From Clostridia bacterium (GTDB lineage Bacteria > Bacillota > Clostridia > TANB77 > CAG-508): DNA of 64,000 nucleotides. The translations under genes and the position numbers were made by a program. Below the pieces are notes generated by a model, which ran no database searches, was not told the DNA's origin, and saw only the letters and a program-made list of their open reading frames with translations. Location of the stretch: assembly GCA_017937285.1 (NCBI GenBank), contig JAGBDU010000029.1, positions 4,258-68,257 of the forward strand, in the 5' to 3' direction. Below, piece after piece: positions 11,441-20,566 of the stretch. Positions within the stretch are counted from its first letter, which is position 1; each line of letters starts with the position of its first letter.

Positions 11441-12139
11441 ATGAAATTAATTAAAAAGATTATTTTATTTATAATTATTGCAATTCTTTTATTTTTTACG
11501 ATAATTGGATTACAGGGATATAATTTATACAATTCTGCAATTGGCCAAATTTCTTTGTCTGAAAAAGTTTATGAAATACAAAATGATGAAAATTTTGTTA
11601 GTATTTCTGAACTTCCAGATGATTTAATAAATGCTACAATTGCTGTTGAGGATCATCGTTTTAAAAATCATGGAGCTATTGATATTATATCTATTGGTAG
11701 AGCTATATTTTCTAATATAAAAGCTAAAGAAGCTGTTGAAGGTGGAAGTACAATTACACAACAGGTTGCTAAAAATTTATATTTTATAACAGAAAACGAG
11801 GATATTTCTAGAAAAGTTGCTGAACTTATTTTAAGCTATCATTTAGAAAAAAATTATTCGAAAGATGAAATTTTTGAGTTATATGTTAATACTATTTATT
11901 ATGGAAATGGATATTATGGTATTAAAGAAGCTTCTAATGGTTATTTAAAAAAAGAGCCAAAAGAATTAACATTAGATGAATCAACAATGCTTGCTGGAAT
12001 TCCTAATGCGCCTAGTGCTTACGCTCCTACTGTTAATATGGATTTATGTAAAAATAGACAAGCTAAGGTTATTAGGTCTATGGTGAAATATGGATATATA
12101 ACTCAGGAAGAGGCGGATGGTATTAAATTAGGTATGTAA
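11441..12139 (+). CDS. Monofunctional peptidoglycan transglycosylase (GT51)
   Basis: N-terminal TM; EDHRF..HGAID, GGSTITQQVAKN, RK..E, KDEIFELYVNTIYYG; no transpeptidase domain. Confidence 0.93.
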   Translation: MKLIKKIILFIIIAILLFFTIIGLQGYNLYNSAIGQISLSEKVYEIQNDENFVSISELPDDLINATIAVEDHRFKNHGAIDIISIGRAIFSNIKAKEAVEGGSTITQQVAKNLYFITENEDISRKVAELILSYHLEKNYSKDEIFELYVNTIYYGNGYYGIKEASNGYLKKEPKELTLDESTMLAGIPNAPSAYAPTVNMDLCKNRQAKVIRSMVKYGYITQEEADGIKLGM

Positions 12140-12165
12140 TGAATTTTACATACCTAATTTTTATT
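12126..12165 (+). terminator. Intrinsic terminator hairpin
   Basis: AATTAGGTATGTAA-loop-TTACATACCTAATT followed by a T-rich tract. Confidence 0.75.
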
Positions 12166-12214
12166 TATCAAATTAGCGATATCTATTATCGCAATGCCTT
12201 CATATTGATAATTT

Positions 12215-12286
12215 TCATGTTTTGTTCTCGTAGCAATATTTACATCTTAAATTACATTTTTCTGTTAAATGAATTATATATTCCAT
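12215..12286 (-). pseudogene. N-terminal remnant of a radical SAM protein
   Basis: MEYIIHLTEKCNLRCKYCYENKT* carries the CxxxCxxC motif and stops after 23 aa. Confidence 0.75.
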
Positions 12287-12363
12287 AAATTACTCTTTTT
12301 GAATGTTTTGATAATATTTTTTTATATCATATATACACGTTTTTAAGCTTCTCCATGTGCATT

Positions 12364-12933
12364 TTACTGAACTTTTTGTATTATATCAAAACTTTGATTT
12401 GTTTGACATTCACTTTCTATAATATTTACAACAAATTCCCTATACTTTTTATTAGTTATAACAATTTCAAAATATGCAGGAAATGGGCTGGTGTATGATG
12501 TATATGAATCTAATAAATTATCCTCATCTATTTTTTCTTTAGCTTTTTCTAATGCTTCTTCTTTAGTAACAAAAGTAATGTTATCTACATATTCTATATT
12601 TGTTAATTCCTCTTTCAACTTACTAATATCGCTATCTTTCGCCGAGTCGTTTATATACACTATAATTGGTGTATTTTGAATGGTTATCTCTCTAATATTT
12701 TTCCATAAATTTTTATATATAAAAATCATCAGAACAGATACAATTATTGCAATAACTGATATAACTATTCCCGCAATAGGCTTCGTAGCATCATACTTTT
12801 TTGCTATTGCAACACTTCCTAATATGAGACTTATAATTCCTAATATTATACCAAAAACTATCGTAAAACTTGTAACTATAGCTATAATTGCTAATACTAA
12901 TGATGCAAATCCAATTCCTTTTGATTTATTCAT
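12364..12933 (-). CDS. Membrane protein: DUF4190-like TM region plus FtsX extracellular-like domain
   Basis: GFASLVLAIIAI TM segments, then IIVYIND...V..ITFVTKEEALE...PFPAYFEI. Confidence 0.6.
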   Translation of the reverse strand: MNKSKGIGFASLVLAIIAIVTSFTIVFGIILGIISLILGSVAIAKKYDATKPIAGIVISVIAIIVSVLMIFIYKNLWKNIREITIQNTPIIVYINDSAKDSDISKLKEELTNIEYVDNITFVTKEEALEKAKEKIDEDNLLDSYTSYTSPFPAYFEIVITNKKYREFVVNIIESECQTNQSFDIIQKVQ

Positions 12934-13202
12934 AAATTCTTCTCCTTTATATTTTTTATTACACATAAAAGCATGATTTATTTGGTTTTATAGTATGAAT
13001 AATTATGCTTTAATTTATTTTTTCTTTAAGAGATTATTAATTATATAATTCATTTATTTAATATCTCATATACCTATTATAATGATTAAACTCATTGCAA
13101 TTATAATCTTCCTTTTTATGTTATCCTTTATTATTTTTTTCCTACTTATAGAATAACATAACGAATTTTTTTATTCAATACATTTTTCAACTTTTGGTTA
13201 AT

Positions 13203-13247
13203 AAAAAAATACACCATTAAATATAAAAATTATATTTAATGGTGTAT
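13203..13247 (-). terminator. Intrinsic terminator after rplS
   Basis: ATACACCATTAAATATAA / TTATATTTAATGGTGTAT inverted repeat with an adjacent A-tract on +. Confidence 0.8.
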
Positions 13248-13283
13248 AAAATTTAAATTAATAATTTTAATTATTTATTTTTA

Positions 13284-13886
13284 TTATTCAGCTTTTGGAG
13301 CTTCTTCAACTTTAGCTTCTTCTGCTGGAGCTGTAGTTTCTTCTGCTTTAGATTCTACTGCTACAACTTCTTCTGCTTTTGCTTCAGTAGCTTCATCTAC
13401 TTTAGCTGTTTCTGTTGGGTTAACTTCTTTAGCTATAACTTCTGCTGCTGTTGGAGCTTCTTCTACTACTGGAACTTCTTCAGTTACTGGAGTTTCTTCT
13501 ACTTCAGCTCCTTTGATAACTATTTCTTTAGTTTCAATTCTTGCTCCTATATCTTCTTTAGTTTTAGCAGCTTTTCCTAATCTGTCTCTTAAGTAGTATA
13601 ATTTAGCTCTTCTTGCTTTACCTACTCTTACTACTTCTATTTTTTCTACCATTGGTGAGTGAATTAAGAATGTTTTTTCAACTCCACATCCGTAAGCAAC
13701 TCTTCTTACTGTAAATGTTGCATTTAATCCTCCACCTTGTTTTTTAATTATTATTCCTTCGAATACTTGGATTCTTTCTCTGTTACCTTCCTTAATTCTT
13801 TGATGTACTCTTATTGTATCACCAACTTTAAGGTCTGGAATTGAATTTTTCATTTGCTCATGTTCAATTGATTTTATGATATCCAT
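13284..13886 (-). CDS. rplS: 50S ribosomal protein L19 with long acidic C-terminal tail
   Basis: [34 protein letters not shown]. Confidence 0.98.
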   Translation of the reverse strand: MDIIKSIEHEQMKNSIPDLKVGDTIRVHQRIKEGNRERIQVFEGIIIKKQGGGLNATFTVRRVAYGCGVEKTFLIHSPMVEKIEVVRVGKARRAKLYYLRDRLGKAAKTKEDIGARIETKEIVIKGAEVEETPVTEEVPVVEEAPTAAEVIAKEVNPTETAKVDEATEAKAEEVVAVESKAEETTAPAEEAKVEEAPKAE

Positions 13887-14003
13887 CGATATTCTCCTTT
13901 CCTTATTTTTATGGGACTTATTCATCCCTTTACCTAAAATTTTAATATTTCTTAAATTTTATAGATTTTTTTATAGATTTTAATTTATCAATATAAATAA
14001 ATT

Positions 14004-14738
14004 TTATTGATTTTGATTATCTATAATATCTAATATTTTTTTATCTTCATCAGATAAATTTACATTTTGTAAAAGCTCTGGTCTTTTTTTATATGTATTT
14101 TTTAAAGATTCAGCTCTTCTCCATTTTCTTATATTTTCATGATGCCCAGATTTTAAAACTTCTGGTACTTGCATGTTATTAAATACTTCTGGTCTTGTAT
14201 ATTGTGGATATTCTAATAAATTATTTGAGAATGATTCTTCTTCAGTAGATTCATTGCTAATTACACCTTCTATATATCTGCTAACAGAATCTATTAATAC
14301 CATTGCTGGTATTTCACCTCCTGTTAAAACATAATCGCCTATAGAAATTTCTTCATCTACAATTTCATCTAAAACTCTTTGATCTATTCCCTCATAATGT
14401 CCACATAATAAAATTAAGTGCTGCTCTTTACTTAAGCTTTTTACTTTTTGTTGGTTTAATACTGTTCCTTGTGGAGACATATAAATAACTTTGGCATTTT
14501 CATCTTTTATAGATGTATATGCATCATATACAACATCCGGTCTTATGACCATTCCTGCCCCACCACCATATGGAGTATCATCTACTTTTTTATGCTTATC
14601 TTTTGAAAAATCTCTAATATTTATTAAATTGATATTTATTAAATCTTTTTCAATTGCTCTTCCTAAAATACTTTGATTTAGTGAATCAAACATTTCTGGA
14701 AAAAGTGTTAAAACATCAAATTTCATTTTTTCCTCCAT
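14004..14738 (-). CDS. trmD: tRNA (guanine-N1)-methyltransferase
   Basis: FDVLTLFPEMF, DDTPYGGGAGM, CGHYEGIDQR, SIGDYVLTGGE. Confidence 0.98.
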   Translation of the reverse strand: MEEKMKFDVLTLFPEMFDSLNQSILGRAIEKDLININLINIRDFSKDKHKKVDDTPYGGGAGMVIRPDVVYDAYTSIKDENAKVIYMSPQGTVLNQQKVKSLSKEQHLILLCGHYEGIDQRVLDEIVDEEISIGDYVLTGGEIPAMVLIDSVSRYIEGVISNESTEEESFSNNLLEYPQYTRPEVFNNMQVPEVLKSGHHENIRKWRRAESLKNTYKKRPELLQNVNLSDEDKKILDIIDNQNQ

Positions 14739-14741
14739 TTA

Positions 14742-15248
14742 TTATATTAAACCTTTTAATAAATGAACTATTACTTTTTGTTTTTCTATATCAATATCTA
14801 ATATAACTTCTTTGATTGATGGTAAAAGTATTTGCTTTCCAAGGTCATCTTTTACAACATATATATCTTGTGCTCCAGCGTTGTAGATATCATCTACTTT
14901 ACCTAAATAATCACCTGTGTCTGTGTAGACATCTGAGCCTAATATATCTGCAATAAAATATGTTCCTTCTTCAAGCTCACGGGCATCTTTTCTATGAATT
15001 TTTATATAGCAACCTTTATATTTTTCTGCCATAGTCATATCTTCAATGCCTTCTAATTTTAAAAGTACCATACCTTTTTGATATTTTACTTCTTCTATTT
15101 TCATTTCAATCATATTTTTGTTTTTTACAACTAATATTGATTTTAGCTCTTCAAATCTTTCTAAATCATCGGTAAAAGGTTTTACTTTTACAAATCCTTT
15201 TATTCCAAATGTATTTACTATTTGACCTATTTCAAAATATTCTTGCAT
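14742..15248 (-). CDS. rimM: Ribosome maturation factor RimM
   Basis: IGQIVNTFGIKG, GAQDIYVV; operon context. Confidence 0.97.
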   Translation of the reverse strand: MQEYFEIGQIVNTFGIKGFVKVKPFTDDLERFEELKSILVVKNKNMIEMKIEEVKYQKGMVLLKLEGIEDMTMAEKYKGCYIKIHRKDARELEEGTYFIADILGSDVYTDTGDYLGKVDDIYNAGAQDIYVVKDDLGKQILLPSIKEVILDIDIEKQKVIVHLLKGLI

Positions 15249-15257
15249 TTTTACCTC

Positions 15258-15488
15258 TTAATCTACGAATTCTATATTTACTTTTTTGCCTTCTTTGGCT
15301 GATACAGATTTCATAACAGTTCTTATTGATTTTGCTACTCTTCCTTGTTTTCCAATAACTTTTCCCATATCATCTTTAGAAACTTTTACTTTATAATCTA
15401 TATTGTTATCAGCAACAGTTTCTTCTATTGATACTTCTTCTTTATTGTCAATAAGGTTAGTAATTATATGTTCTAATATTTCTTTCAT
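15258..15488 (-). CDS. khpA: KH-domain RNA-binding protein KhpA
   Basis: DMGKVIGKQGRVAKSIRTV; lies between rpsP and rimM. Confidence 0.95.
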   Translation of the reverse strand: MKEILEHIITNLIDNKEEVSIEETVADNNIDYKVKVSKDDMGKVIGKQGRVAKSIRTVMKSVSAKEGKKVNIEFVD

Positions 15489-15515
15489 AATTTTTACCCC
15501 TTTCAAGGCTTAAAA

Positions 15516-15749
15516 TTAGTTAGCTTTTTCGATTAAAGCTTTTACTGTGTCTGTTGGTTTTGCACCATTTTTAATCCATGTAGCAACTTTTTCTTTATCT
15601 AATACTATTGTTGCTGGATCTGTCATTGGATTATATGTTCCAATTTTTTCGATTATTTTTCCATCTCTTGGAGATCTAGAATCTGCAACTACTATATGAT
15701 AGAATGGAGCTTTTTTAGCACCTTGTCTTTGTAATCTTATTTTTACCAT
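15516..15749 (-). CDS. rpsP: 30S ribosomal protein S16
   Basis: [30 protein letters not shown]. Confidence 0.99.
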   Translation of the reverse strand: MVKIRLQRQGAKKAPFYHIVVADSRSPRDGKIIEKIGTYNPMTDPATIVLDKEKVATWIKNGAKPTDTVKALIEKAN

Positions 15750-15766
15750 CTTTCTTTTTCACCTCC

Positions 15767-17128
15767 TTAAAATTTCATATCTTTGAATGCTTCTGTGTCT
15801 AAGCCTTTCATGTTTTTCATCATTTTGCGCATTCCTTTTTCAGATTTCATTTGTTTCATCATTTTTTGAGTCATATCAAATGATTTCATAAATTTGTTCA
15901 ATTGTTCTACTGTTGTACCACTACCTTTTGCTATTCTTAATCTTCTTTGTCCGTTTATTAATTTTGGATTTTTTCTTTCTTCTTTTGTCATTGAACAAAT
16001 CATTGATTCTATTCTAATAAATTCTTTGTCATCTACTTTTATGTCATTCATTTTGCTTCCTAATCCTGGTATCATTTTTAATATAGATGAAAAAGATCCC
16101 ATTTTCTTTATTTGTCTTAGTTGTACTAAATAATCATCTAAATCGAATTTATTTTTTCTAAGCTGAGCTTCCAATTTTTCGGCTTCTTCTTCTGTTATTG
16201 CTTCTTCTGCTTTTTCTATTATTGAAAGTACATCGCCCATTCCTAATATTCTTGATGCCATTCTCTCTGGGTGAAACTGCTCTATGTCATTCATTTTTTC
16301 ACCAGTTGCTATATATTTTATTGGTCTTCCTGTTACTTTTTTTACAGATAATGCAGCACCACCACGAGTGTCACCATCTAATTTTGTAAGTACTATACCA
16401 TCTATTCCAACTGCATCTTTAAAGCTTTCTGCAACGTTTACCGCTTCTTGACCTGTCATACTATCTACTACTAATAGTATTTCGTGTGGCTTTACTGCTG
16501 ATTTTAAGTTCTTAAGCTCATCCATTAGCACTTCGTCTATTTGAAGTCTACCTGCTGTATCTATTATTATTACATCATTTAGTTTGCTTATAGCTTGCTC
16601 TATCGCTTGTTTTGATATTTTTACTACATCTTTTGAATTTTCGTTTGCATATACTGGTATGTTTAATTGTGCTCCTATTACTTGTAATTGTTTTATAGCT
16701 GCTGGTCTGTATACATCGCATGCTACTAGTAATGGCTTTTTTCCATCTTTTCTTAATATGTTTGCAAGTTTTCCGGCTGTTGTTGTTTTACCAGAGCCTT
16801 GTAGACCTACCATCATTATTATTGTTGGTGGATTTGGTGATATATTGATTCTTGCATCTGTTCCGCCTAATAATTCTACAAGCTCATCTTTTACTATTTT
16901 TATAACTTGTTGCCCTGGTGTTAATGATTTTAATACATCTTGACCTAGTGCTTTTTCTTGTATGCTTGCAATAAATTCTTTTACTATTTTATAATTAACA
17001 TCTGCTTCTAGTAATGCTAATTTTACTTCTCTTAACATTTCTTTTAAGTCAGATTCTGTTATACGTGCTTTTCCTTTAAATTTTCTAGCTATATTTTGAA
17101 ATTTTGAAGATAATCCCTCAAATGCCAT
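15767..17128 (-). CDS. ffh: Signal recognition particle protein Ffh
   Basis: ALLEADVN, GLQGSGKTT, DTAGR, TKLDGD, Met-rich C-terminus. Confidence 0.99.
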   Translation of the reverse strand: MAFEGLSSKFQNIARKFKGKARITESDLKEMLREVKLALLEADVNYKIVKEFIASIQEKALGQDVLKSLTPGQQVIKIVKDELVELLGGTDARINISPNPPTIIMMVGLQGSGKTTTAGKLANILRKDGKKPLLVACDVYRPAAIKQLQVIGAQLNIPVYANENSKDVVKISKQAIEQAISKLNDVIIIDTAGRLQIDEVLMDELKNLKSAVKPHEILLVVDSMTGQEAVNVAESFKDAVGIDGIVLTKLDGDTRGGAALSVKKVTGRPIKYIATGEKMNDIEQFHPERMASRILGMGDVLSIIEKAEEAITEEEAEKLEAQLRKNKFDLDDYLVQLRQIKKMGSFSSILKMIPGLGSKMNDIKVDDKEFIRIESMICSMTKEERKNPKLINGQRRLRIAKGSGTTVEQLNKFMKSFDMTQKMMKQMKSEKGMRKMMKNMKGLDTEAFKDMKF

Positions 17129-17147
17129 TTGAAGTTCCTCCTATCTT

Positions 17148-17486
17148 TTATAATAATTGTTTTAGTTGTTTTTTTATTTTTTCTATCTGCGCTTTTTTTA
17201 ATATTTTATTTTCAGATTCTTCTAGATTTTTTATTATATTTTCTATTACTTTTTCTTGATTTAATATTTTTTCCATTAATAATAATTTTTCTTCTATTTC
17301 TATTAGTTTGTTTTTTGCTTTATTTATTACATCATTTACTGCTTGTCTTGTTATGTTGTTGTTTTCTGCTATTTCTGAAAGTGATAAATCGTTGTTGTAG
17401 TAGTCATCTAATATTTGGTATTGTTTTTCTGTTAGTAATTTGCCATATATTTGGCATAATATGCTTATTTTTATCTTTTCTTCCAT
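17148..17486 (-). CDS. ylxM: YlxM/p13-like DNA-binding protein
   Basis: YGKLLTEKQ...YY.NDLSLSEIAE...ITRQAV.D; upstream of ffh. Confidence 0.93.
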   Translation of the reverse strand: MEEKIKISILCQIYGKLLTEKQYQILDDYYNNDLSLSEIAENNNITRQAVNDVINKAKNKLIEIEEKLLLMEKILNQEKVIENIIKNLEESENKILKKAQIEKIKKQLKQLL

Positions 17487-17542
17487 AGTTTGTTTTTTAT
17501 TTCCTTTCTTGAGAGTTTGATTTTTTGCTCTTCTCAAAAAAA

Positions 17543-17601
17543 TGTAATGTATATCTACTTTACATTATTTTTTTAAATTTGTCAAGTAGTTTTGCATTAC
17601 T
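17543..17601 (-). promoter_or_regulatory. Two 22-bp imperfect palindromes upstream of ylxM; one contains a TTGACA
   Basis: TGTAATG-N8-CTTTACA and TGTCAAG-N8-CATTACT, 37 bp apart. Confidence 0.5.
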
Positions 17602-17627
17602 TTTAAATTTTTTTCATTAAATTTGTT

Positions 17628-17827
17628 ACAGTTCAGGTGCCTTAAGATAAACCGTTCCAAAGCAATTATATTATAAAAAATTCCGTTCCTTACTGGTCGG
17701 CAGGCTAAAGTTGTTATATATGAATAAGTATGTGCCTTAAAATATTGGCTGGCAGTAAGGTCCTATGGCTCCAAAACGAGCTAAGTCACTGCATTTTTTA
17801 TAATATAATTCCTTTTACACTGCTCTA
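17628..17827. mobile_element. Longest (~200 bp) copy of a dispersed non-coding MITE-like element
   Basis: Sub-terminal inverted repeat AATTATATTATAAAAAA/TTTTTTATAATATAATT, inner CCTTACTG/CAGTAAGG repeat; ends recur elsewhere in the window. Confidence 0.65.
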
Positions 17828-18002
17828 AAAAAGTAACTGTGAAAGTTAATGTAAATTTTAACGATTTTCTATAATTTTGCTACTATTATTTAATAAATTT
17901 GTCAAAACTCTCCGTCTTGTATTAGTGATAAAATAAAAATGTACAATTTTGTACAAAAATATTTTGCTTCAATTTTACATTTTTGTATTTACAATAATAT
18001 TA

Positions 18003-18034
18003 GAAAAAAAACAGGCATTTCTGCCTGTTTTTTT
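18003..18034. terminator. Bidirectional intrinsic terminator
   Basis: AAAAAAAACAGGCA-TTTC-TGCCTGTTTTTTT. Confidence 0.85.
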
Positions 18035-18042
18035 CAATACTT

Positions 18043-18909
18043 TTATTCTGCCTCGTTTGCCTCCTTTAAAGCTTCCATCTGACTTTTGGTCGGTACATAT
18101 CCATAGCGCTCTAAGTCTTCAATTGCCTTGTCTATGTCTCCACTATAGGCATCAATCAATATCTGCCATTGATCATTGCCCATATCTCGATGTTCATTCA
18201 TCGTTTGAGAATACAACATGAGTTTTTGAACATTATCATCAGGTTTAAAGACTTTAGTAAAAATCGAATACCCAAATATATCGACTATTTTGTTTATGTC
18301 GAGGCATATTTGGTTCGATATTATTTTCATTAAAATTGCATACAGGTCTTCATCTCTATATGCAGGCTTGCCCTTTGCAATTAATGTAAGGAATGCGTCG
18401 TCTCTCCACAAATGATTTGGAATCTTTTCAACGCAATCTTTCATTATTTGCGTATTTTGGCACTTGCACATTACTCGAACCAGTTCTTCTGGTGTCAACT
18501 CAGATTCTATTATATTATCATATAATATTTCTAAACTTTTCTTGTCAAACTCTCCTTCTACGAAAAGTGTGACAATCTGATGATGCTTCAAGAGATGAAC
18601 ATATCTCAATAGCGTCTTGTGGAACCATTTGCGTTTCAAGCCTGCTTCAAAAAGAGGGTCATTCATTTCCATGATTCCCATCATTTCAAATGAAATACCT
18701 GCATCTAGCAGTGCTCCGTAATGTTCTCGGTTAAGGGACCGCTTTATACATTTCCAAAACTTACAAAAGTTTTTCTGATTTACCTTCTCTTTTATTATGA
18801 AGAGAAGGAAATCATCCCATAACCATAAAAACTCTGGCAGTTCGTCAAATTCTTCGCTATTAATAGCATCTTTGACGAATTCAATAAAGTATTTTTTCAT
18901 TTTTTTCAT
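18043..18909 (-). CDS. Hypothetical protein (ORFan, visibly more GC-rich codon usage)
   Basis: Long open frame with GGAGG RBS, own promoter and terminator; no motif recognised. Confidence 0.7.
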   Translation of the reverse strand: MKKMKKYFIEFVKDAINSEEFDELPEFLWLWDDFLLFIIKEKVNQKNFCKFWKCIKRSLNREHYGALLDAGISFEMMGIMEMNDPLFEAGLKRKWFHKTLLRYVHLLKHHQIVTLFVEGEFDKKSLEILYDNIIESELTPEELVRVMCKCQNTQIMKDCVEKIPNHLWRDDAFLTLIAKGKPAYRDEDLYAILMKIISNQICLDINKIVDIFGYSIFTKVFKPDDNVQKLMLYSQTMNEHRDMGNDQWQILIDAYSGDIDKAIEDLERYGYVPTKSQMEALKEANEAE

Positions 18910-19192
18910 TTGTGTTTCCTCCATTCGGATACTACATATAGCAGTATCATTTTTTTGTTTTGTTTGTCTTCCTACTATATGTAAACTATCTTTCGATAGT
19001 GAAATAGAAATTAAGTCCCCTATCTAGGGTTATATAATATATTGTACCAAATTTCTATTGGAAAGTCAAATTTATGTATACTAAAAATAGCATATAATAT
19101 ATGTAAAATGTTAGTCGACAAACACATCCATATATTTATATGCTATTATTAAATAATACTACATTTTATTAAAGATTTACATTTACGAAATT

Positions 19193-19753
19193 TTATTGTT
19201 TTTTATTTCTTATATAATCACCTTCAAATTCCTCAGCAAGAATATCCATAGAAATTGAATCATAATATTTTCCATTAACAAATTTACATTTTCTTCTTCT
19301 TCCATATTCTTTAAAACCACATTTTTTATAGCATTTTAGTGCTCTTTCATTAAAAGACATTAAATCTAATTTTATGTTATTTAAATTCATATATTTAAAA
19401 CCATATTCTAAAATCAATTTGATGGCCTCTGTTCCATATCCTTTGCTTCTATAATCTTTATCTCCTATAAATATTCCTAATGTTGCTGTTCTATTGATAA
19501 AATCAACATTTTCTAATGATACTGTTCCTATCATTTTATCATGGTCTAATGTAACTATTGCAAATGTAGCTATTGGACTATTATTTTTCTCTAGAAATTC
19601 TTTTTCGCCTTCCAAAGATATTAAATTTCCACTTTTTCCTATATAATCTGTTGTTTCAAAGTCATTTAACCATTCTGTAAAAATTTCGTAATCTTCTGTG
19701 TTTCTTGGTGATAAATAAATTCTATCTCCTAGTAATTTTTTAAAATATTTCAT
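19193..19753 (-). CDS. GNAT acetyltransferase (RimJ/RimL type)
   Basis: IGTVSL...ATLGIFIG.KDYRSKGYGTEA, N.RA.KCYKKCGF. Confidence 0.92.
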   Translation of the reverse strand: MKYFKKLLGDRIYLSPRNTEDYEIFTEWLNDFETTDYIGKSGNLISLEGEKEFLEKNNSPIATFAIVTLDHDKMIGTVSLENVDFINRTATLGIFIGDKDYRSKGYGTEAIKLILEYGFKYMNLNNIKLDLMSFNERALKCYKKCGFKEYGRRRKCKFVNGKYYDSISMDILAEEFEGDYIRNKKQ

Positions 19754-19822
19754 ATACTATCCCCTTTCTTCGTAAGTATAAAAATAAAAGTCTTACAAAG
19801 GATTCTTTTATTTTTATAATAC

Positions 19823-20308
19823 TTATAAATCTAATTTTACCTCAATATTGCTTTCTTCATATTTTCTATACTTTACTCCACAATAATCTAGCATTTTTTT
19901 TGACACTATATTTCCCTCTGTTCCATTATATTTGTCAGATTTATATATTATTTTTTTTATTCCACATTGTATTATTGCTTTTGCACATTCGTTACATGGA
20001 AATAAATCAACATATATTCTTGCACCTTCTAATATTGAACCTTTATTATTTAGTATTGCATTTAATTCTGCATGGCATACATATGCATATTTTGTATGTA
20101 AAAAATCTCCTTCTCTATCCCATGGCATGTGTTTATCATCATAGCCATTTGGTGCTCCATTATATCCTACTGATAATATTTTGTTATCTTTGCTTACTAT
20201 ACAAGCTCCTACTTGTGTATTTGGATCTTTGCTCCTTTGGGCTGATAGCATTGCTATTCCCATAAAATATGCATCCCATCCTATATAATCTTCTCTTTTT
20301 TCTTGCAT
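19823..20308 (-). CDS. dCMP deaminase (ComEB family)
   Basis: RSKDPNTQVGACI, GYNG, HAELNAI, PCNECAK. Confidence 0.95.
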   Translation of the reverse strand: MQEKREDYIGWDAYFMGIAMLSAQRSKDPNTQVGACIVSKDNKILSVGYNGAPNGYDDKHMPWDREGDFLHTKYAYVCHAELNAILNNKGSILEGARIYVDLFPCNECAKAIIQCGIKKIIYKSDKYNGTEGNIVSKKMLDYCGVKYRKYEESNIEVKLDL

Positions 20309-20395
20309 AATTTTTACTCCTTTTTATTTAATCTCTTTAATATCCAATTATATATATTACTATAAGTCTAATTAATGCTGAATTAATTGATAGTC

Positions 20396-20440
20396 ACAGC
20401 TAAAAGTGCGCCGTTCCAAAAGGATTATATTATAAAAAAA
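20396..20440. repeat. Partial (left-end) copy of the dispersed element
   Basis: ACAGCTAAAAGTGCGCCGTTCCAAAAGGATTATATTATAAAAAA. Confidence 0.7.
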
Positions 20441-20566
20441 TAACGGTGAATAGTAACACTTGATAATCTTTTGAATTTATTAATTTTTCTTTCAATACAT
20501 TCCTCATTGTTAAATTTTATAATTAATTTTAAATATTCTATCACTATTTTTATAATAAATAAACTA

